64,000 bases of DNA from Eledone cirrhosa (taxonomy: Eukaryota). How positions within the stretch are numbered: position 1 is the first letter of the stretch; every line of letters begins with the position of its first letter. Under the pieces are notes generated by a model. That model ran no database searches and had not been told where the DNA came from. It saw only the letters and a list, made by a program, of their open reading frames with translations. The stretch is taken from positions 133,610,001 through 133,674,000 of the forward strand of contig OZ024742.1 in the NCBI GenBank assembly GCA_964016885.1, read 5' to 3'. Made by a program: the position numbers and the translations under genes. This document shows positions 55,945 through 64,000 of this stretch, piece by piece.

Positions 55945-56165
55945 AGGGACGGTCGTTTAGGAACAACACTACTCTTCCAGTGGCCCCCTGTATCAAGAAA
56001 AGTAAACCTTTTACAAATCTCAAGGTTTATTTATAATGTTCAATTGTTTTATTGATTTACCGTTTGAGAAGTTCAGGCTTTCATAGCTGATACTCCTTAG
56101 TGAAATGTACATTAGTGGTTTTAATAAACCAGAACCAAATGAATATGACCTCGATTTTTATTGAT
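55945..56165 (+). mobile_element. Family A copy with degenerate HHR (about 56058-56119)
   Basis: accgt-ttgagaa-gttcaggctttcatagctgatactccttagt-GAAA-TGTACA-TT-agtggt. Matches 1680-1795. Confidence 0.72.
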
Positions 56166-56377
56166 ATAAAATGGTCCGGCTTACAATTTGATGAAGGTCG
56201 TTGAGCGCTTCCTTTTATCTACTTCATTACCGACAGAGCTTTAAGTGGTCTGCACATCCTTGTCCGGTAAAACCCTTAATATATATATATATATAGAGAG
56301 AGAGAGAGGTAGAACACTGGATGGTAATATCTGTAGTGGTAGAGCACTCAGTCCATGGGTCGAGTTAGGTAGACGTG

Positions 56378-57000
56378 GTAACACAACAGTTAGTTCACCA
56401 TACCGAGAACAATTGTTTCACCTTAGCGGATCCTCAGCTCGTAATGGCTATACGGAATAGGAAGGATACCCGTATGAACGCGCATGCGCAGAAACGGTCA
56501 CTTCACCCAGGCAATCCAAAACTGCGGGCGAAAGGTGTAAGGGAGATAACTGCGAAAGTCCGAAAAGTAGCACTAGTTGATATGAAAATTAGGATGTTGT
56601 TGTTATTCAATCCGTAGCTTTGTAGTTATGTGAGAGAGGGGTTGTTCCAGACATGTGGAAAATATGTGAAGAATTCATTTATTGAGTTTAGGCAATCGCT
56701 ATTGCGTAATCTCCTTAGAATATTTATCGGTTCATAAAATAATCGATAAGACAAATTGCCCCTCGCGTACGGCTTGGACTTAGTGATGGCTTTCCATTGT
56801 ATGGAGTAGTCTATAATTGAGTCATTGATGGACCATACGTCCAGTTTCGTATTGCTTGGGTGAAGTGACCGTTTCTGCGCATGCGTATTCATACTGTTGT
56901 CCTTTCTATTCCGTATACCCATAACCATTACGAGCTGAAGATCCGCTAAGCTGAAAAGCAATTGTTCTCGGTATGGTGGAACTAACTGTTGTGTTACAAC
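56378..57000 (-). mobile_element. PLE 3' end: GIY-YIG C-terminal fragment between inverted HHR repeats
   Basis: 56378-56525 is inverted relative to 56841-56996. HHRs at 56404-56441 (-, cgag-CTGAGGA...GAAA-CAATTG-TT-ctcg) and 56931-56970 (+). The spacer translates VWSINDSIIDYSIQWKAITKSKPY...CLNSINEF. Confidence 0.85.
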
Positions 57001-57462
57001 CTCTCTCTCTCTATATATATATACAAATATAAATTAGCGAGAATCGTATTTCGGCCTAGGAATTAACGAAAAACAACTTCCGAGATGTGTGGCAAGTGCT
57101 CGATGATTTAGATGAATCAGAGCTACAACATACGTTAAAGGCCAAACACACTGAGACGATAGTTAAACTAACATCCGCACAGCCAAAGAAACGACCAAGT
57201 AATTCGGGTCAAACAATAAACATATATGTGATTGAAAATTTACCCGGACCCCTGGAAGGTTGGTATTTGGGTTTCTGCGACTCCTAAATCAAGTACTGTC
57301 CGCTTACATAAACAATGTTAGGCTTCTGGTAAGATGATTGAACAAGGAAGCCACTTTATCAACAGGTTTTTGTTCAATTGCTAATTCAAAGTGTGACTAT
57401 TCCTGACTCCACGTGGAGTTCAGCAAGGGAGGCAACACTTATTTTAGGAGAATGAATTCAGT

Positions 57463-58690
57463 AGATAGAACTGGTCATTCCTTATGGTCAACCTCGATGT
57501 AATATTTTGGAGAGCACTAACGTAATGCAACTCACCCGTCTTTGTTTGTGTAGTTGGTGGTGCGAGTACGGAGTTAATTATTATAAAATAACAGGAGGCT
57601 GGACTGGTGTAAATCGTTGAAAGGTTTATTATACTATGATCATTTCAATGACTGGGTTCAGTATGAATCCGGTGACATTATCACCTAATTCAAAATATAA
57701 CAAAGGATTATAACATGAAATCCATGGAGCTGAACATCAGCGACAAGAGGACGACCGACTATTTAGCAGCTTCTACCTCTGTCGGCCGCCCTCAAGTTTT
57801 GATTATTAATCTACTTATGACCATCTGGTGAGGCTTGCAATGTGCTACACTTCACCGTCAACGAGAAATGTCAGCGTTGAGGTCATGCCTCAATCAGGCT
57901 GATCATGCGTGCTAGAAATTGCCGCGAAAATTGTTTTTTCCAAAGAACATATATCTTCAACAAAGACATATAAAGTGGGCGTCTGTATGGTATAATGTGT
58001 GGACAGAAATTTCGGTTAACAATTAGAAAAGTTAAACTTATGTTTAGAGTTATAAGATGAAATTAGAAAAATAAGGTTTAAGGTTGGGTTGTGAGATTTA
58101 GTTAAATAATTTACAGAAGGAGGCTTTTATGAAAAAGTTTAAGTGTATTATAGATAGTCACGATCAATTTTCAGGGTAGGATATATAGTAAAGAGTAAGC
58201 CCTTGCTTAGCGGTCAATAACCAGCGATGACTGCAGACTCTCGGTCAGCCCTCCCTAACCATGTGCCAGCCGTTCCGTGTAATATCGTCTAGTGAAAGAA
58301 ATGTAACTATCATAGGCGTCGGGTGTGTAAGCGGGAAGTCCGGTTCCGCCAGCTGCCCATCGTATATACCAAATGATTGCTAGTTATTCACACAGGAGCG
58401 GGATTTAGTTACGTGCTAGTAGAGGGAGGCATGATACAGCTAATAGTTATGATTAAGCCTAGAATTTAAAGGTACTATTTGGCGGTCAAAGCCGGTCATT
58501 GAAATGATCATAGTATAATAAACCTTTCAAAGATTTACACCAGTCCAGCCTCCTGTTATTCTATAATAATTAACTCCGTACTCGCACCACCAACTACACA
58601 AACGAAGACGGGTGATTTTCATTACGTTGAGTGTCTCCATAATATTACATCGAGGTTTACCATAGGGAATGACCAGTTCTATCCAGTGGT
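57463..58690 (-). mobile_element. Family C copy, antisense, with inverted terminal segment
   Basis: 57463-57656 is inverted relative to 58492-58684. Degenerate HHR at about 57631-57685. Confidence 0.85.
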
Positions 58691-59459
58691 AAACCAAGAA
58701 ACCTAAATAAATAATGCTCCAGAAATATCGAGCGCTTTCAGATGTAATAATGAAGAGCAGCACTGACTCTAGTGTACAGCTATCGCCAGCATGGGACTAA
58801 TAATCTACACACCATTCGGATGTTGGCTGCTTTGAGCTTTGTCTACCGCCCACCTGGTCCACTGCTGCTTCCCTGTCGGGAATATTCAGACTCCGGCAGA
58901 CCTCATAGATGCCTCAAAACATTCTACGTATTCTAACATAACTTGTATTGTTTTGACTGAATTCTCTATCCTATACTTCAGGGCCGTTGTGATTCACATT
59001 GAATATTAAGAGTCGAACATACACTCGGTATCACCTGATACCGATGCTTTACTTCCATCCTCTATATCTATATGTATAACCCGGTATTATCGAACTGCAC
59101 CTTGATCTATATTGTATTTCCCCTGTGTTTTGATTTCTTCGATGTGTTCTTATATACTTCCGTTTTACTCCATGCATCACCACCCTAGTTATGACTGCAT
59201 TTTATTTATGTAATTTTATTTATGTATTTAGCTTATTATTCCTTTTAATTATGTTTTTATTTACTCGCTTTACTCTCATAATATACTTATCATTGTGCTC
59301 ATTAACAGACAACCCTAGAATATTACTCTCTGTACCCTTATATCTGTTTATCTTTATTCACTCCCTCTACCCACCCAAGAACCACACTATATATAACCCG
59401 GACTAACTGGGAACTAAATATAGTCTACGCATTACATCGGGTTTTCCCTCTTCCAACTT

Positions 59460-60630
59460 CACATTACAGGTGTGAATAAATAATAATCGTTTGGTAACAC
59501 GTGATGATCTGACGGATGTGGCCGCTTTCCCGACTGCACGCCAGGCGCTTGGGTAGATCAGCCTTCCTTGAGTGCTTGGAAAAATAAAATTTCCCCTTCT
59601 TACGGTAAACGAAATTACTCGGAATGGCTGCTTCGCCGTGGGGCCCTGTCGGGCTTGGAACCCGCCGCGCCGCCGGCTATCGCCACCAAATAGTACCTTT
59701 AAATTCTAGGCTTAATCATACCTATTAGCTGGATCATGCCTCCCTCTACTAGCAAGTAACTAAATCCCCCTCATGTGTGAATAACTAGTAATCGTTTGGC
59801 ATGTAGGATGGCCAGCCGGCGGTGGCGGACTTCCAGCTTACAGACCAGACGCCTATGACATATACATTCCTGGAGTGCTCGGAAAAATCAATTCCTATTT
59901 CTTTCGCTAGACGATATTACACGGAACGGCTGGGACGTGGTTAGGGAGGGCTGGCCAAGGGTCTGCAGTCGTCGCTGGTTATTGACCGCTAAGCAAGGGC
60001 TTAATCTTTACTATATATCCTACCCTGAAAATTTATCGTGACTATCTATAATACACTTAAACTGATTCATATAAGCCTCCTTCTGTAAATTCTTTAACTA
60101 ACTCTCACAACCCAAACCTTAAACCTTATTTTTCTAATTTCATCTTATAATTCTAAACAAGTTTAACGTTTCTAATTGTTAACCGAAATTTCTATCCACA
60201 CATTATACCATACAGACGCCCACTATATATGTCTTTTTTGAAGATATATGTTCTTTTGAAAAAAAAAACAATTTTCGCGGCAATTTCTAGCAAACATGAT
60301 CAGCCTGATTGAGGCATGATCTCAACGATGACATTTCTCTTTGACAGAGAGGTAGTAGCACATTATAAGCTTGCGCCCCCTCACCAGATGTTCATAAGCA
60401 GACTTAATAATGAACACTTTAGGGCGGCCGACAGAGGTAGAAGCTGCTAAATGGTCGGTCGCCCTCTTGTCGCTGATGTTCAGCTCCATTGATTTTATCT
60501 GTTATATTCCTTTGTTATATTTTGAATTACCTGATGATGTCACCGGATTCCTACTGAACCCGGTCATTGAAATGATCATAGTATAATAAACCTTTCAATG
60601 ATTTACACCAGTCCAGCCTTCTGTTAATTT
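59460..60630 (+). mobile_element. Family C copy, sense, with intact HHR (60528-60583)
   Basis: 59682-60630 is the reverse complement of about 57585-58485. tac-CTGATGA-tgtcaccggattc/gaacccggtcat-t-GAAA-TGATCA-TA-gta. Confidence 0.88.
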
Positions 60631-61315
60631 ATATATATAAATTAAAAAAATATATATATGTATAAGAAGGAAATTGTAGTTTACTTGAAGCATTGCGTAG
60701 TGTGGTATAAACGTTTGGAGTTAAAATGCGAGAACAATGCAGGTATGGATATACAATATAAATACAAATGCAAAAGATATCGCTGACAATTAGTTTTTTA
60801 CCTTAAATTTATTTGGATATCCTGTATATATATACACATATATATATACGTATGTATGCGTGTTTCTAGTTAGTAGATAGGTAAATGAAGGAGTTCAGAA
60901 GCTAGGTGTCTAAATTTGTCAGTCCTATTTCCTCTATTTTCCGAAGAGATTTGTATACGATTTCTTTTAGCATGGAATCATGCAGATAGATTAAATGTAG
61001 AAACACGTGTATAAGTGTATCGAACTAGACTAACTGAATTTGTGTTAGTACGTCGAACTTCCCAACTAGCTCTATTATTTCACGGGACTGACATTTCCGA
61101 AATGCCAGTTCGTGATTCAGAGTGCACACATTTAATTATTAGTGGTTATCTTGGGATTGTGTGGCGGTATTAACCAATTCAGTCCAGACCAAACAAAATC
61201 TTTGGTTCTTCCCCGCACCATGTGTACTGTGCGGCAATTGTTGCACCCAGTACACAGAAGCCACGCATTAAATCCAGAATCTTCTGGAAGGAATATATAT
61301 ATATATATATATATA

Positions 61316-61642
61316 GGTCTTGCTCAGGGAAACAACACATCACCCGTTCAATTCTCAGACCGGGTGATGTGTTGTTTCCTTGAGCAAGACACTTTATTTC
61401 ACATTGCTCCAGTTTACTCAACTGTAGAGATGAGATGGTAGGGACTGGGGTCCATATCATTCCACTGCAAAATGGTCGTGGAGGTTCCATGGCAAAAAAT
61501 AAAGCACCCACCACTCACTGTAAAAATGAGGTCAGTGTTAGGAAGGGCATCCAGCTGTAGAAATCAAGCCATAATCAGTTCCCGTCCCACCCTTGCAAGC
61601 AGGGAAAAGCGGACGTAAAGTGTTGATGATGATGATGATGAT
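61316..61642 (+). mobile_element. Second SINE-like family with (GAT)n tail and a 5' fold-back
   Basis: ccttgagcaagacactttatttcacattgctccag core, ttaggaagggcatccagctgtagaaa segment, and a gatgatgat tail. 61318-61346 is inverted relative to 61361-61390. Confidence 0.65.
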
Positions 61643-62200
61643 CCATGCATTTCATATATATATATAATAAGGTAGGCTATGATTGATTGCGTTTGTTCTA
61701 TATATGTATATGCTGTATATATGTATAGTATAAGTAGAGTAGTTAGGGCGTAGAGTCATTATCCTACAATCAAAAGTGTAATCCTATAAGGTACAGAAGG
61801 GGTAAGTAATTATATTGATGGCCACCCCACAACCCTGGCGGACAGAATGGAGTAGGCGATATCATATGTCATTTTTGATTCATACCGAAACAAAGACATT
61901 GAAACGAAGCAAATATACTTTTACTGAACTTTCAATAAAATTATTTCACTGATATTTTCAACTTTTAATAACTCTTCTAAACATATATTTCTTGGAGATC
62001 ATTAATCATTTTTTAAGCTTATTTATATATTCATCTGTTTATTTATTGCATTGTTCTCGTAGGCCCTGCTTAATACTTTTACATCTATACATTTCCTCAG
62101 CGAGCAAACAAATAATCTTAGTGTAGTTATAGCTATATATGCGCATATACTTATATAAGTAATTATACACCACTACGTAAATACAGACATACACACATGT

Positions 62201-62280
<80 letters not shown>

Positions 62281-63250
62281 GCATGTCTGTATGTGTTGGT
62301 TTATGTGCCTGGGCGTGATTATGTGATTTTGTACTACATGTATGCATATACACTTACATTTAATTGGCCTGAGAACAGTTTTGAAAGAGAATCATATGAT
62401 AAATGATTTAAAATAAGAGTAGGGGGCATGAATAGAATTTAAACATAATATATTTCATTGAATATATACGTATATATATAGTATTTCTATGTGTGTCTAT
62501 GTGTATGTCTATACACATTGGACAGGCGATTTTGATAGATAGGTTAGAACTTTTAGCTACCAATTTTGCTACGTGAATGCACATATCTACGAACGTGACT
62601 TGACAACGATTACAATTTTAGCAGAGTTAATACTACTTCCTAGCACAAACATTCCCCGTCATTGCAAACCTACTTATAAATATTGCGTATTGAAATATAC
62701 AATACATCTATCTAACAACAACAAGTCAGTTGATATTAAAATGTTTGTATATATATATATATATATATATATAATACGGAAAACTTTAAGTAATATTGTT
62801 TAATGACGTCAAAGTTTACAAATTCTGAGCAGGAAACATTCAATTGATATTTAAGATATTTTTGTGTAGATAACCAAATAATGAGGGAAGAGATATTCAC
62901 TCAACATTTTAGCAGCATACGTTTTTTTCAATAACATTCGCATGTATATGACGTTTATTAGAGTGGCGTAATGTACCTATCATTTCCTTTCTGAATGTAG
63001 AGATTCTGGTTCATTTCATTCACGAATTGCCATATATTTCAGAGTATATGACGGAGTATCTCAGCCAAAATTCTATCTCAACATCTGTTTGTATATAAAT
63101 ATAATAATTTCTCATAATATGTTACAGCATGGTGACCGTCTAATGACTGTTGGGTATGTGTTTATGACAGCAATTAATTGACCATCAAAATCTATTAAAG
63201 GAGCCAGACTTGAGAGTCATATGAGAACTAATGTACACGTCCGTATATTG

Positions 63251-63340
<90 letters not shown>

Positions 63341-64000
63341 ACACGCACGCACACATACACACACATATATATATAATAAACTCGGATGTAGCTGTGAAAT
63401 CAACCAGCTATTATAAAGCATAGTAAAAAACGGGTTAAAATATAACCGCATAAGATCGGAAGAACGGCCAGAGAAGAAAGGAGATAAGGAGACCATGGAG
63501 GAAAGATAGTCTAAATCATATGATGCGAAACGAGATGTGGAGAGAGAGAAAACATATGGGAATGAGAACGATGAAGCAAATTTTATTTCTTTTAGAATTA
63601 CGAAGGAAAACCATATCCGTCTCTCTCACTCTCTCTCTCTCTCTCTCTGTATATACATGCACACACACCCACATATATACACACACATACACACCCACAC
63701 ATGCACACACACACATATACACACACACATATATATATATATTTCTTTTCACAAGGCCAGCCTATACTAAACCATAACAAAAATACAATTAAACTCCCAG
63801 AAATCACAATTTGACACTCAAAAATAATGTCCACTGTAGCAAAATCATACGCACCATATTTCATGTCTAATAAACATCAGCTGACACTCATCCCGAAAAC
63901 ATAAATATGAAACAAATTTCAACACTTCAAATAAAGAGGATAAAATTATAAAACGGAGTCACTATAGAGGTAATAAGAGGTGAAACTGCGCCAAGCCCCA

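Overview
AT-rich, gene-free eukaryotic repeat landscape, most likely octopus or another cephalopod (inferred from the dominant tRNA-derived SINE and the extreme (TA)n/(CA)n/(GA)n content). I found no host gene; nearly all track ORFs are microsatellite translations. The window holds one Penelope-like element (PLE) with a recognisable RT-C-terminus/GIY-YIG ORF (4215-5141), four further GIY-YIG fragments at three loci, four decayed Tx1/L1-type LINE pieces, an RTE 3' end, about 15 SINE copies, and mariner-, Chapaev3- and Helitron-like non-autonomous DNA elements. The main signal is that most non-microsatellite islands sitting in (TA)n tracts carry a type I hammerhead ribozyme (HHR) fold. By eye there are about 30 motifs from a dozen or more dissimilar families, usually with a self-complementary stem III. 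They are arranged as fold-back palindromes (0.1-2.4 kb) or as short non-coding units with terminal direct repeats 530-630 bp apart, which look like retrozyme-like PLE satellites. All alignments and folds were done by eye, so coordinates are approximate to a few bases.
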